Under the pieces are notes generated by a model. The model was not told the DNA's origin. It did no database searches and was given only the letters and a program-made list of their open reading frames with translations. A stretch of 64,000 nt of DNA from an uncultured Burkholderiales bacterium (GTDB taxonomy: Bacteria; Pseudomonadota; Gammaproteobacteria; Burkholderiales; Burkholderiaceae_C). The stretch covers positions 14,191 to 78,190 of the forward strand of contig CAIKNE010000039.1 in assembly GCA_903828695.1 (NCBI GenBank), given 5' to 3'. A program made the position numbers and the translations under genes. Below are positions 28,701 to 38,107 of the stretch, in pieces; within the stretch, counting starts at the first letter, position 1; every line of letters begins with the position of its first letter.

Positions 28701-29939
28701 GTGTTGTCAGATGTAGGTGCGTCTTCGGATACTTCAAAGTCAGGGAGAAAAGATGGCGCACCACCAACTGGCTCTCTCGTGTCCGCGCCTTCTACGCCTA
28801 CTGTGTTAAGAGTTAAAACGCCAGAATTAATCTTCTCCGGACGCTCTATTCATCAAGTCGCAATGGATGCGGTATTCCTAGACCTGCAACCAAGTGGTCA
28901 GTGGCATGTCAACATCAACTCAACAGAAGCGCGAGGCGCAATAGATTACAAACTTGCAAACTCTAGCTCGCCTCCAAAGGTTTTTGCGCGGATGAGTCTC
29001 TTAGTTATACCCCCCTCAGCATTGGATACCGTTGAATCGTTACTGAACAATAAAGAAACGGTCATGCCTGCTTTGGACATCATTGTGGATGAGCTTGAGT
29101 TGAAGGGCAAAAAACTGGGCCGCGCCGAAATTGAAGCTCTGAATCAACCCTTGGCGGATGGAGGTAAGGAGTGGCGGATTAGTAAATTAAATTTAATTGT
29201 TCCCGAGGGTAAATTTCAAGCCACGGGCGTTTGGTCTTTTGTTAAAGACGGTAATAAAAATCAAAATCTTAAGAAAACTGTCCTTGATTTTTATCTTGAC
29301 ATTGACAATGCCGGACTTTTACTAGATCGACTCGGCACAAAAGGTGCCGTGTCTGGCGGTAAAGGGCGCTTGAATGGACAAATTTCATGGCTCGGCTCAC
29401 CCATTCAGATGGATTATCCAAGTTTAGGGGGGCATTTCAATGTCAATGTTGAAAAGGGTTCCTTCCTCAAAACTGAGCCTGGTGCAGGAAGACTCTTAGG
29501 GGTTTTAAATCTTCAAGCATTGCCCCGCAGGCTCTTGTTGGATTTCAAAGATATCTTTAGCGATGGATTCGCCTTTGATTTCTTCCGTGGAGACGTGAGC
29601 GTAGAGAGCGGTATTGCCAAAACAAATAATCTGCAAATGAAAGGGGTTAACGCAGCCATCTTCATGGAGGGGAGAGCTGACATTAGCAACGAAACTCAGA
29701 ATTTGAAAGTCATCGTCATACCTGAAATTGATGCTGGAACTGCCTCATTAGTGGTTGCTGCAATTAACCCTGTCATTGGAATTTCAACTTATTTGGCACA
29801 GTACTTCTTAAAGAAACCCATTGCCCAGGCAACTACAAAAGATTTTCTTGTTGAGGGAACTTGGAGCGATCCTAAGGTGACCAAGATAGACGGTAAAGTC
29901 GATATTAAAAACGACAGTAAATCTAACCTCAGACCATGA
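25707..29939 (+). CDS. yhdP: YhdP family (AsmA-like) phospholipid transport protein
   Basis: About 1410 aa, N-terminal TM anchor, C-terminal AGRLLGVLNLQALPRRLLLDFKDIFSDGFAFD; divergent from glnE and followed by a nitrilase. Confidence 0.92.
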   Translation: MNPVERLVWSKRLANAIIVAVVGASLLVTLSVALLNWVVVPRVSDWRSDIERISSEYLGSEVRIDQIEVDTSRIIPSFQIVGLNIQSVNERAEAENLSLPIIKLDLSLRSILSLSFDQIVLDNPVFSVVKNQQGQIRVAGLSSSSRASGKGLDWFFSQPNVQVRHATALWLDEGLSKEATQFSDLEVYFINGLKSHDFRLEATPPKEIGERFSLQANFKESLLSTHAGDFNDWSGTSLVNFPHIDISLIDDYLPKHSTWEIQEGSGWLRIWSQVHKGKIAQITTDVNFPNLSGYFSARDVKNQKIQLKELNGRFQLSLKELMSEFKTQDLSFVSNDGNRWSVGRVSLSWTPLPGLTKGAPGASNGELLIPMQSPGSGIIEADKVSIKPIISQLTALPIDVDFVRNLKNIELAGDLSSFKMAWDFDGQKASAYSLQGQLRDFTFERLQNADENFLRGLPGLHNAAIQFDFNSQGGNASLAVDNGSITLANWLEEPVVPLVHASADVHWASDANLFNLKINKTNIVTADAKGDFELNWSIPKRAQTNGTGNNSIIDLIVTVQQGDASRVYRYLPMKIDARVRQYLQKSITKGAIKNSTLKIKGPLNKFPFVDPSEGEFHISSQVADLTYQYAPTQGSDAKSLSSNKAWPELAHLNGELILDRKSLFIKKGATKLSSPLAPGLEWFDVSAEIQDLSKPTVNIKARGKGPLGEMIKVINNSAIGDLLDNSLVKAESSGPSDSEYALNLSLPLNDLVHAKVNGSLGFSNNDLTFVPGLPNLNRVRGSLSFDESGFTLSGVKARILGSDARVEGGLKFTSDKFESTAIKIQGAVTAEGLRQAKEMTVMAKVGRYLSGQTNYLASLTFKQGQLDFELNSTLQGLSSQLPVPLAKKAETVWPLKISAILSAQSPASTKGSVNLTPPLPLRTLKTTLTLGQIGLANLVTDFTPLTVKPASLGVTSATQSRGWFGINTSSSISAPNNLDPGYVVSLEVPKLDADAWERVLSDVGASSDTSKSGRKDGAPPTGSLVSAPSTPTVLRVKTPELIFSGRSIHQVAMDAVFLDLQPSGQWHVNINSTEARGAIDYKLANSSSPPKVFARMSLLVIPPSALDTVESLLNNKETVMPALDIIVDELELKGKKLGRAEIEALNQPLADGGKEWRISKLNLIVPEGKFQATGVWSFVKDGNKNQNLKKTVLDFYLDIDNAGLLLDRLGTKGAVSGGKGRLNGQISWLGSPIQMDYPSLGGHFNVNVEKGSFLKTEPGAGRLLGVLNLQALPRRLLLDFKDIFSDGFAFDFFRGDVSVESGIAKTNNLQMKGVNAAIFMEGRADISNETQNLKVIVIPEIDAGTASLVVAAINPVIGISTYLAQYFLKKPIAQATTKDFLVEGTWSDPKVTKIDGKVDIKNDSKSNLRP

Positions 29940-30757
29940 AAGTTGCCGCCATTCAAATGGTATCTGGGCTAAGTTGTGAAGCCAATTTGCAAGCAGCCAG
30001 TTTACTTATCCATCAAGCCGCAGAGCAAGGTGCGGAGTTGGTGGTTTTGCCTGAATATTTTTGTATTCTGGGCGCGGTAGATACAGATAAATTGGCTGTA
30101 AAAGAGGATCTTGGAAGCGGACCCATTCAGTCAATGCTTGCCCAGGCAGCCGCAAAGCACGGGTTATGGATCGTAGGCGGCACGTTACCTTTGAGCGTTC
30201 CAGATGACAACGATAAAGTGTATAACTCAACTTTGGTTTATAACCCTCAGGGTGAATTGGTTGCTCGGTACGACAAAATACATTTGTTTAAGTTTAAAAA
30301 AGGTACAGAGCAATACGACGAGTCCAAGACTTTGGTGGCGGGAGATAAACCTGCTTGTTTTGATTTGATCACTCATTCTGGTCAATCTTGGCGTGTTGGA
30401 CTTAGTATTTGTTATGACCTGAGGTTTCCCGAGCTTTATCGGTCGTTGGTTGATATGGGCGTTAACATGGTTTTGGTACCAAGTGCCTTCACTCATACAA
30501 CAGGTGCTGCGCACTGGGAAGTACTATTGCGAGCCCGTGCTATTGAAAATCAAGTCTGGCTTGTTGCTGCTGCCCAGGGCGGAGAGCATGAAAATTTGAG
30601 AAAAACCTGGGGACAATCTATGATTATCAATCCCTGGGGACAGGTGATGTCTGAGCTCGGCACAGGTTCTGGGTGCACAGTATTTGATATCGATAAAGAT
30701 GAATTAGACAGAGTAAGAGTCGAATTACCCGCCCTAGATCATCGCAAACTGGGGTGA
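29936..30757 (+). CDS. Carbon-nitrogen hydrolase (Nit1-like)
   Basis: Catalytic E-K-C: LPEYF, YDKIHLF, ICYDLRFPEL. Confidence 0.94.
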   Translation: MKVAAIQMVSGLSCEANLQAASLLIHQAAEQGAELVVLPEYFCILGAVDTDKLAVKEDLGSGPIQSMLAQAAAKHGLWIVGGTLPLSVPDDNDKVYNSTLVYNPQGELVARYDKIHLFKFKKGTEQYDESKTLVAGDKPACFDLITHSGQSWRVGLSICYDLRFPELYRSLVDMGVNMVLVPSAFTHTTGAAHWEVLLRARAIENQVWLVAAAQGGEHENLRKTWGQSMIINPWGQVMSELGTGSGCTVFDIDKDELDRVRVELPALDHRKLG

Positions 30758-30758
30758 C

Positions 30759-30902
30759 TTAATTTTCAGATGCGTGAGCCTCAGATTCATCCTCGAGCGC
30801 AGGGTCAATCCTATCTTTAGGACGTCCAGTAAACATAGTCCACCAAACAATGAGGACTAAAATCAAACCAGCGCCAAGGGCTTCTAAGAAAATCAAATAC
30901 AT
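30759..30902 (-). CDS. Small single-pass membrane protein, 47 aa (below the ORF-track cutoff)
   Basis: MYLIFLEALGAGLILVLIVWWTMFTGRPKDRIDPALEDESEAHASEN*; fills the nit-mltA gap; AGGT 5 nt upstream of the ATG. Confidence 0.75.
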   Translation of the reverse strand: MYLIFLEALGAGLILVLIVWWTMFTGRPKDRIDPALEDESEAHASEN

Positions 30903-30930
30903 GAATGACCTGTTGGGTTGAAATGATTAG

Positions 30931-32136
30931 ATGTACATAAAACAAAAATCTATTGTAGGTGTCTTATCACTGCTTGGTGCGGTGATGATTTTGGGCGGAT
31001 GCTCCTCGCCGCCACCCGCTTCACCCCCCCCATTGCCTGCTAAACCGAGTGTTCAGTCCTTAAAGTCATCAACCACCACGATGCCTACGCTGGCCCCTAA
31101 TAGCTTAACTCCCAATCAAGCTCGGCCAACACCTGTTGGTGTGGATAAGGCAAAGCCAGTTTGGATCGCCGCATCTTGGAATGATTTACCGGGGTGGAGT
31201 AGCGAATCGATGTCAGATGTGTGGGCCGCACTCCTGCATGGATGCGAGAGACCCACCAATGTCTTTATGCGCTTATGCACCCAACTCAGACCATTGAGCA
31301 TTGCGGACGAGGCAGAGCAAAGGCTTTTTCTTATGACCAATTTACAGCCCTACAAAGTCCTTAACGCCTCTGGGGACTCCTCGGGGCTGCTAACAGGATA
31401 TTTTGAGCCTGTGTTTAATGCGTCGCGCATTAAGAAAGCTGGATTCGAATTCCCGCTCTACGCGCCTACTGCAGAAATTTTGAACGTTAAAGCCAGTCAT
31501 TCAAAATGGTTCAGCCGCCAAGAAATTGAGACCTCCCCACTCGCTCAGGAGGCCTTAAAGGGTCAGGAGATTGCTTGGATGGCAGACCCCCTAGATGTAT
31601 TAATTCTGCAGATACAGGGATCTGGACGTTTGAATATCACGGAAAATGACGGATCTCAAAGATGGGTAAAAGTGGTCTACGCTGCCTCCAATGAGCAGCC
31701 CTATCAAAGCATCGGCCGGTATTTGTTAGATCACGCAGAAATCACTGACGCTTCATGGCCGGGCATAAAGGCTTGGACGCTTAAGAATCCTGATCGATTG
31801 AAATCGCTGCTGTGGGTGAACCCAAGGTATGTATTTTTCAAAGAGGAACCTTTGGAGAACATGGACCTAGGTCCTAAAGGTGCGCAGGGACTTGCGTTGA
31901 CACCGGGTAGATCCGTTGCCGTTGACCCCCAATATATTCCTTATGGGACTGCGCTTTGGTTGGTCTCAGATGGCCCGACCCTTCAACTGCGTAAGTGGGT
32001 TATGGCGCAAGATACGGGAAATGCGATCAGCGGGCCCCTAAGGGTCGACTTCTTTGTGGGTACGGGGGGGCAGGCTGGGGAGGTCGCAGGGCGGCTTCGT
32101 CAGTCTTTGAGTCTGTGGGCCATTGTGCCTAGGTAA
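30931..32136 (+). CDS. mltA: Membrane-bound lytic murein transglycosylase A (lipoprotein)
   Basis: Lipobox LGGC; TGYFEP, LQIQGSGR, NPRYVFF, AQDTGNAISG..RVDFF. Confidence 0.93.
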   Translation: MYIKQKSIVGVLSLLGAVMILGGCSSPPPASPPPLPAKPSVQSLKSSTTTMPTLAPNSLTPNQARPTPVGVDKAKPVWIAASWNDLPGWSSESMSDVWAALLHGCERPTNVFMRLCTQLRPLSIADEAEQRLFLMTNLQPYKVLNASGDSSGLLTGYFEPVFNASRIKKAGFEFPLYAPTAEILNVKASHSKWFSRQEIETSPLAQEALKGQEIAWMADPLDVLILQIQGSGRLNITENDGSQRWVKVVYAASNEQPYQSIGRYLLDHAEITDASWPGIKAWTLKNPDRLKSLLWVNPRYVFFKEEPLENMDLGPKGAQGLALTPGRSVAVDPQYIPYGTALWLVSDGPTLQLRKWVMAQDTGNAISGPLRVDFFVGTGGQAGEVAGRLRQSLSLWAIVPR

Positions 32137-32220
32137 AAGCCGAATGCGTCACCCAGCAGGGATTTTGCAATCCGAATCGTGCTGAGGCAAGCCTGTGATC
32201 TGGTCGACTAGGTAGTTGTA

Positions 32221-32232
32221 TGCAATGCAGCC
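32221..32232 (+). promoter_or_regulatory. Candidate PhaR-type operator upstream of the indolepyruvate oxidoreductase gene
   Basis: TGCAATGCAGCC = TGC-N3-GCA; 11/12 match to the recalled PhaR consensus. Confidence 0.35.
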
Positions 32233-32296
32233 TGAGCTTTAAGCTCGTACACTTTGTGAAACTTAAAAATTCTCAAACACTGCAGGAATTTTCCCA

Positions 32297-35200
32297 ATGA
32301 ATGCCCCACTGCCCGCTCATTTGTTAAACGCCTTGGAAACGGTTTCCTTGGATGATAAGTACATCCTTGAAGCGGGTAGCGCGTTCATGAGTGGTGTTCA
32401 AGCGCTAGTGAGGCTACCCATGCTTCAGCGGCAAAGGGATGCGCGCCAAGGAAAGAATACAGCCGGATTTATTAGTGGTTATAGGGGCTCCCCGCTTGGC
32501 GGATATGACCAGGCCCTTTGGAGGGCAAAAAACTTTCTAGCCAAAGAAAACATCATCTTTCAACCAGGTGTGAATGAGGAGCTTGCTGCAACAGCAATAT
32601 GGGGAACTCAGCAACTTGGATTTGCGCCAGAGGGTGTGCAAAACTATGACGGTGTTTTTGGAATTTGGTACGGAAAAGGCCCTGGAGTGGATCGGTGCTC
32701 AGATGTATTTAAGCATGCGAACATGGCTGGTACAACCCCTTGGGGAGGAGTGATTGCAGTTGCTGGGGATGACCACATAGCAAAGAGTAGCACCGCAGCA
32801 CACCAAAGCGATCATATTTTTATGGCGTGCGGGACACCTATTTTCTTTCCCTCCAGTGTCCAAGATATATTGGACCTAGGTGTTCATGCTTTTGCCATGA
32901 GTCGGTTTTCGGGACTTTGGTCTGGCATGAAGACGATTCAAGAAATTGTTGAGTCAAGTGCAACAGTATTCATTGATCCCAACAGAGTCCAGACGATTCG
33001 CCCCGAATTTGAGATGCCCAGTGGAGGGTTACACATTCGTTGGCCTGATGATGCGCTCTCGCAAGAGGAGCGTCTCTTTAACTATAAATGGGCTGCAGCC
33101 TTGGCCTATATTCGGGCCAATAAATTAAATTACAACGTGATTGAAAGCAGCCAAGATAGATTTGGCATTATCGCCAGCGGTAAAGCTTACAACGACACCC
33201 GAGAGGCGCTCTTAAATTTGGGGTTGGATGATCACACCTGTCAAAAAGTTGGTATCCGTTTGCACAAAGTCAATGTCAGTTGGCCCCTTGAGCCACAGAC
33301 AGTAGATAGCTTTGCAAGAGGGCTTGAAGAAATATTGGTGGTTGAAGAAAAACGTCCCGTCATCGAGCTGCAAATTAAAGAAGAGTTGTACAGCTGGTCT
33401 GATAGCCAAAGGCCCCGCGTACTAGGCAAATTTGATTTGAGCAAGTTAGACCATGACTCACAAGGGCAGTGGGGTGCAAAAAACGTAAGAGATGCAACGT
33501 TGTTGCGAGCAGCGGCTGATTTGAACCCCTCTATGGTGGCTCGCGCTATAGCGACTCGTCTTAAAAACGTTGGAGTAGATCAAGAGATTCAGGCCCGAAT
33601 GAACCAACATTTAAGGGTGTTAGATTCTAAAGAGCAGGGAATGAAGGAATTAAGCTTAACAACAGATCGACAGCCCTGGTTTTGTTCAGGCTGTCCGCAC
33701 AATACCAGCACTGTTGTCCCTGATGGTTCTCGTGCGATGGCAGGGATTGGCTGTCACTTCATGACGTTGTGGATGGACCGAAGTACTACAGGCTTTACGC
33801 AAATGGGTGGGGAGGGTACGCCTTGGATAGGGCAGCAACCCTTTGTAAAAGAAAAGCATATTTTTGCAAATTTAGGCGACGGAACTTACTTTCACAGCGG
33901 CATTTTGGCCATTCGACAAAGTGTTGCCTCTGGCGTGAACATTACCTACAAAATACTTTATAACGACGCTGTGGCAATGACCGGTGGGCAACCCGTTGGA
34001 GAAAGTGCTGAGGGCCACTCCGTGATTCAGATTGCTCAAAGCATGAAAGCTGAAGGGGCTAGGAAAATCATTATCGTCACCGATTTACCTCAAAAGTACG
34101 ACGCAGTTACTGACTTGCCAATGGATATACAGGTCAAGCACAGGGATGAATTAGATTCAGTTCAACGCGAATTCAGAGAAATAAAAGGGACAACGGTCAT
34201 TATTTATGACCAAACATGCGCAACTGAAAAACGCAGACGTAGAAAGCGTGGTGCGATGCAAGATCCAGCTGTGCGGGTACTTATCAATGAAGAAGTTTGC
34301 GAGGGATGTGGGGATTGCGGTGTGAAAAGCAACTGCATCAGCATAGAGCCGCTAGAGACACAGTGGGGTCGAAAACGAACGATCAATCAAAGTGCTTGCA
34401 ATAAAGATTTAAGCTGCGTCAAAGGCTTTTGTCCTAGCTTTGTGACGGTAGAGGGGGGCACTTTCAGATCGGCAAATGTGACTGCTTTTGCAGATCAGAC
34501 TAAAAACCAAGATGGGCTTAGTGCTCAATCTATACCCGATCCTGCGCTACCCGATTTGGGAGCGTTCAATGCAGGCTACGGGATCGTGGTCGCTGGAATT
34601 GGTGGTACAGGCGTCATTACCATAGGGCAGGTGTTGGGTTTTGCTGCCCATCTCGAGGGGCTTGGAATAGTTACCCAAGACTCGGCTGGGTTGGCTCAAA
34701 AAGGTGGGGCAACTTGGAGTCACATTCTAATCGCGGACCATCAAAATCTGATTCGAACCACCAGAGTTTCAACGGCGAGTGCAGATCTAATTTTGGCTTG
34801 TGACCCGATTGTTGGCTCAAGTAAAGAAACAATATTAAAGATCGCAACCGATAGAACAAGAGTTGCACTCAATGCGCACAGCTCGCCTACAGCTGAATTT
34901 GTAAAAAACGGAGCTTGGCAAAACCCCGTCGATAAATGTCGAGAGGATTTACTTGTAGCCATTGGGAAAGAGAAAAACAATCTTCGGTATTTGCAAGCAC
35001 ATGATCTGGCCCTCAAAGAGCTGGGGGACAATCTTTATGTAAACTTTATTTTGTTGGGATTTGCTTGGCAAAATGGATGGATACCGTTAAGAAAGGAATC
35101 TTTGAGTAAAGCAATTGAGCTTAACGGGGTATCCATTGAGAAAAATAAACGAGCGTTTGAACTTGGACGACGCGCAGCGTTTGAGCAATCCCATGCCCGC

Positions 35201-35887
35201 ACCCAGGGGGCGTCACTTGTTGGCGAAATGAGTGAGAAACAAATACTTTTTGTGAAGCGTGAAACTTACGCCGATGCGTTGTCAAGGCGCGTTAGCGAGT
35301 TGGTTGAATATCAAAATAACTCCTACGCCCGGGAATACGAAAGCTTTGTTCAGTCCGTGAAAGAGCGCACGAATGAAAAATTAGCCCTTGTTGTCGCTAA
35401 AAACTTATATAAGCTGATGGCTTATAAGGACGAATATGAGGTTGCAAGGTTGCACAGTAAGTCAATGTTTAATGAGCGCATCAAAAATATGTTCGAAGGC
35501 GATTACAAGGTTTACTACCACTTAGCTCCGCCCATATTTGCCAAGAAAAATCAAAAGGGCGAACTCATTAAGCAAAAGATGGGGCCGCTGACCCTTTTGA
35601 CGTTCAAGGCTTTATATCGTCTTAAGTTTTTGCGTGGCACTTGCCTTGATATTTTTGGAGGCACTGCCGAGAGAAAATCTGAGCGCAAATTAATTATGGA
35701 ATACAAATCCTATATTCGCGAAATTGTCCAAGACTGGAAAGCTGGTAAAGAGACGCTTGCGATTCAAATTGCAAATATTCCCGAGTCCATTAAAGGATAC
35801 GGACACATAAAGGAGAAAAAAATGCTTGAAGCTCGAATGGAGTGGCTCAGGTTAATGGCCAAGTGGAAAATAGTTGAGAACGTCTGA
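32297..35887 (+). CDS. Indolepyruvate ferredoxin oxidoreductase family, fused single-chain form
   Basis: SGYRGSPLGG, FCSGCPHN, TPP motif GDGTY, ferredoxin CEGCGDC...C, GIGGTGV, KLMAYKDEYEVARL. Confidence 0.94.
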   Translation: MNAPLPAHLLNALETVSLDDKYILEAGSAFMSGVQALVRLPMLQRQRDARQGKNTAGFISGYRGSPLGGYDQALWRAKNFLAKENIIFQPGVNEELAATAIWGTQQLGFAPEGVQNYDGVFGIWYGKGPGVDRCSDVFKHANMAGTTPWGGVIAVAGDDHIAKSSTAAHQSDHIFMACGTPIFFPSSVQDILDLGVHAFAMSRFSGLWSGMKTIQEIVESSATVFIDPNRVQTIRPEFEMPSGGLHIRWPDDALSQEERLFNYKWAAALAYIRANKLNYNVIESSQDRFGIIASGKAYNDTREALLNLGLDDHTCQKVGIRLHKVNVSWPLEPQTVDSFARGLEEILVVEEKRPVIELQIKEELYSWSDSQRPRVLGKFDLSKLDHDSQGQWGAKNVRDATLLRAAADLNPSMVARAIATRLKNVGVDQEIQARMNQHLRVLDSKEQGMKELSLTTDRQPWFCSGCPHNTSTVVPDGSRAMAGIGCHFMTLWMDRSTTGFTQMGGEGTPWIGQQPFVKEKHIFANLGDGTYFHSGILAIRQSVASGVNITYKILYNDAVAMTGGQPVGESAEGHSVIQIAQSMKAEGARKIIIVTDLPQKYDAVTDLPMDIQVKHRDELDSVQREFREIKGTTVIIYDQTCATEKRRRRKRGAMQDPAVRVLINEEVCEGCGDCGVKSNCISIEPLETQWGRKRTINQSACNKDLSCVKGFCPSFVTVEGGTFRSANVTAFADQTKNQDGLSAQSIPDPALPDLGAFNAGYGIVVAGIGGTGVITIGQVLGFAAHLEGLGIVTQDSAGLAQKGGATWSHILIADHQNLIRTTRVSTASADLILACDPIVGSSKETILKIATDRTRVALNAHSSPTAEFVKNGAWQNPVDKCREDLLVAIGKEKNNLRYLQAHDLALKELGDNLYVNFILLGFAWQNGWIPLRKESLSKAIELNGVSIEKNKRAFELGRRAAFEQSHARTQGASLVGEMSEKQILFVKRETYADALSRRVSELVEYQNNSYAREYESFVQSVKERTNEKLALVVAKNLYKLMAYKDEYEVARLHSKSMFNERIKNMFEGDYKVYYHLAPPIFAKKNQKGELIKQKMGPLTLLTFKALYRLKFLRGTCLDIFGGTAERKSERKLIMEYKSYIREIVQDWKAGKETLAIQIANIPESIKGYGHIKEKKMLEARMEWLRLMAKWKIVENV

Positions 35888-35920
35888 GCTCTCTTGAAAG
35901 CATCTCTTCAACGTCCTGTT

Positions 35921-36937
35921 TCATGTTGCCGCTGAAATTGAGTTAGCGAGATGGGCTTGCTGATCTGCATGATAACTAGAGCGCACCATGGCTCCTACTG
36001 CTGCGTGTTTGAATCCCATGGAGTAAGCCTTTTCTTCAAACATTTTGAAGGTGTCCGGATGGACGTAACGGGCAACTGCTAAGTGACTATTGCTTGGAGC
36101 CAAGTACTGACCAATGGTAAGCATGTCAATATTGTGATCTCGCATGTCTTGCATGACCTGCAAAATCTCATCATCGGTCTCCCCAAGACCCACCATTAAT
36201 CCACTTTTTGTGGGTACGTTTGGGAAAAGAGCTTTAAATTTTTTAAGTAAATTAAGACTAAAAGCGTAATCACTTCCTGGGCGTGCTTGTTTGTATAAAC
36301 GTGGAACAGTCTCCAAGTTGTGGTTCATCACATCAGGCGGAGCTTTTTTCAGTATTTCAAGAGCTCTATCATCTCTACCTCTAAAGTCGGGCACAAGAAT
36401 CTCTATCTGCGTATGAGGAGAAGACGTGCGCACACTCTCAATGCAGGATACAAAATGTGCGGCCCCACCGTCTCTCAGATCATCGCGGTCTACACTCGTG
36501 ATAACAACATACTTCAATCTAAGATCTCGTATGGTTTGCCCAAGATTGACGGGCTCTTGTGGATCAAGTGGGTCAGGCCTGCCGTGACCAACGTCGCAAA
36601 ATGGACACCGTCTCGTACATTTATCACCCATGATCATGAAGGTTGCAGTACCATTTCCGAAGCATTCGCCGATATTAGGACAAGAGGCCTCCTCGCAAAC
36701 AGTAACTAAATTGCTTTTACGTAGGATGTCTTTTATTTCATAAAAACGTGTATTGGTAGACGCCGCTTTTACACGAATCCATTCAGGTTTTTTTAAAATT
36801 TCAGAATTGTTTTGAACTTTGATCGGAATACGCGAAAGCTTTGCGGCAGCTTTTTGTTTTAACAAAGGATCGTAGGACTGCACATCCTGGGGCTCACGGG
36901 TTACTTTACTTTGGGAGCCGTTGTCGTTTTGATTCAT
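35921..36937 (-). CDS. lipA: Lipoyl synthase
   Basis: [20 protein letters not shown] radical-SAM motif, RSSYHA; start set at ATG 36937. Confidence 0.97.
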   Translation of the reverse strand: MNQNDNGSQSKVTREPQDVQSYDPLLKQKAAAKLSRIPIKVQNNSEILKKPEWIRVKAASTNTRFYEIKDILRKSNLVTVCEEASCPNIGECFGNGTATFMIMGDKCTRRCPFCDVGHGRPDPLDPQEPVNLGQTIRDLRLKYVVITSVDRDDLRDGGAAHFVSCIESVRTSSPHTQIEILVPDFRGRDDRALEILKKAPPDVMNHNLETVPRLYKQARPGSDYAFSLNLLKKFKALFPNVPTKSGLMVGLGETDDEILQVMQDMRDHNIDMLTIGQYLAPSNSHLAVARYVHPDTFKMFEEKAYSMGFKHAAVGAMVRSSYHADQQAHLANSISAAT

Positions 36938-36998
36938 ATTTCTCGATTCTGCCCAGGGTATTGAAAACGCCCTGGGCTGTTTAATTTCATGAGTGATT

Positions 36999-37691
36999 TC
37001 ACTTGGATTCCAAATAGGTGTCGAGCTTGCCCGCAAGCACCCGAGCCACCTCGCTTACCTCAACACTAACCCCTATTGTAGAAAGATCTATAGTTTTTAG
37101 GCCTTTATACCCACAAGGATTGATTAAATCAAAGGGATTTAAGTCCATATTAACGTTCAACGACAGTCCGTGATAAGCGCGGTGTCGACTTACTTTAATC
37201 CCCAGCGCGGCTATTTTGCCCAATCCGTGGAATGGATCGGCGCTGGCCGGATTGCCAAAATGTTGGCCTTCAATGCCGGGCAAAATGGAGTGTCCAAATG
37301 GAGAATTGAGTTGAACGTAGATGCCAGGAGCTCCTTTGACCCTGTGTCCAGTGACTCCAAAATGAAGGAGAGTTTTTATGATGGATTCCTCAAGTAGGTA
37401 CACATACTCTTTCACAAAAATACCCAATCGCTTTAAGTCAACTAAGGGATAGGCTACGATTTGTCCGGGGCCGTGAAAAGTTATCTGCCCCCCTCTATCG
37501 GTTTGAACAATGGGTATGGGCGTGTCTGCAATTAGGTGCTCTGCTTTGCCTGCAAGTCCTTGTGTAAATGTTGGCGAGTGCTCACAAATCCATAGCTCAT
37601 CAGGCGTGGAGTCATCCCGCTCCCGGGTGAACTGTTGCATTGCAACGTAACTGTGCAAGTATTCAACCCTACCCAGATCTTTGATAATCAT
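36999..37691 (-). CDS. lipB: Lipoyl(octanoyl) transferase
   Basis: [40 protein letters not shown]. Confidence 0.96.
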   Translation of the reverse strand: MIIKDLGRVEYLHSYVAMQQFTRERDDSTPDELWICEHSPTFTQGLAGKAEHLIADTPIPIVQTDRGGQITFHGPGQIVAYPLVDLKRLGIFVKEYVYLLEESIIKTLLHFGVTGHRVKGAPGIYVQLNSPFGHSILPGIEGQHFGNPASADPFHGLGKIAALGIKVSRHRAYHGLSLNVNMDLNPFDLINPCGYKGLKTIDLSTIGVSVEVSEVARVLAGKLDTYLESK

Positions 37692-37773
37692 TTGGTGCAA
37701 CTCGCAGTGAATTGAATGGAGCTAAAACTAAATGAGGCCGAAGCTTTTCAAAGATAAAAGCATCAAGTCATTA

Positions 37774-38082
37774 TTAAAGTACAACTTTAACCATTGGATG
37801 AGTTGATAAGGTTCTGTATAACTCGTCTAGTTGTTCGCGACTGGTTGCATTTATATTAAGAGTTACTCCCATATAGTGAGCGCTACTGCTGGGGCGAAGT
37901 TCAATAGTCTTGGGATCAAAGTCTGGATCAAAAGAATGCGCGACATGTTTGAGAGCGTCAACGAAGCCATCTACATTTTTGCCCATAACCTTGATAGGGA
38001 AGACGCTGGGGTACTCAATCAGCGATTCTTGGACCTGGGCAAGCTCTTGAACTTGGGGAAGTTTTTTGGGTGGGGTGACCAT
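37774..38082 (-). CDS. ybeD: YbeD/DUF493 family protein
   Basis: LIEYPSVFPIKVMG...REQLDELYRTLSTHPMVKVVL; start trimmed to ATG 38082. Confidence 0.9.
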   Translation of the reverse strand: MVTPPKKLPQVQELAQVQESLIEYPSVFPIKVMGKNVDGFVDALKHVAHSFDPDFDPKTIELRPSSSAHYMGVTLNINATSREQLDELYRTLSTHPMVKVVL

Positions 38083-38107
38083 GATTAAAGGGGATGGGTG
38101 AATTTCG

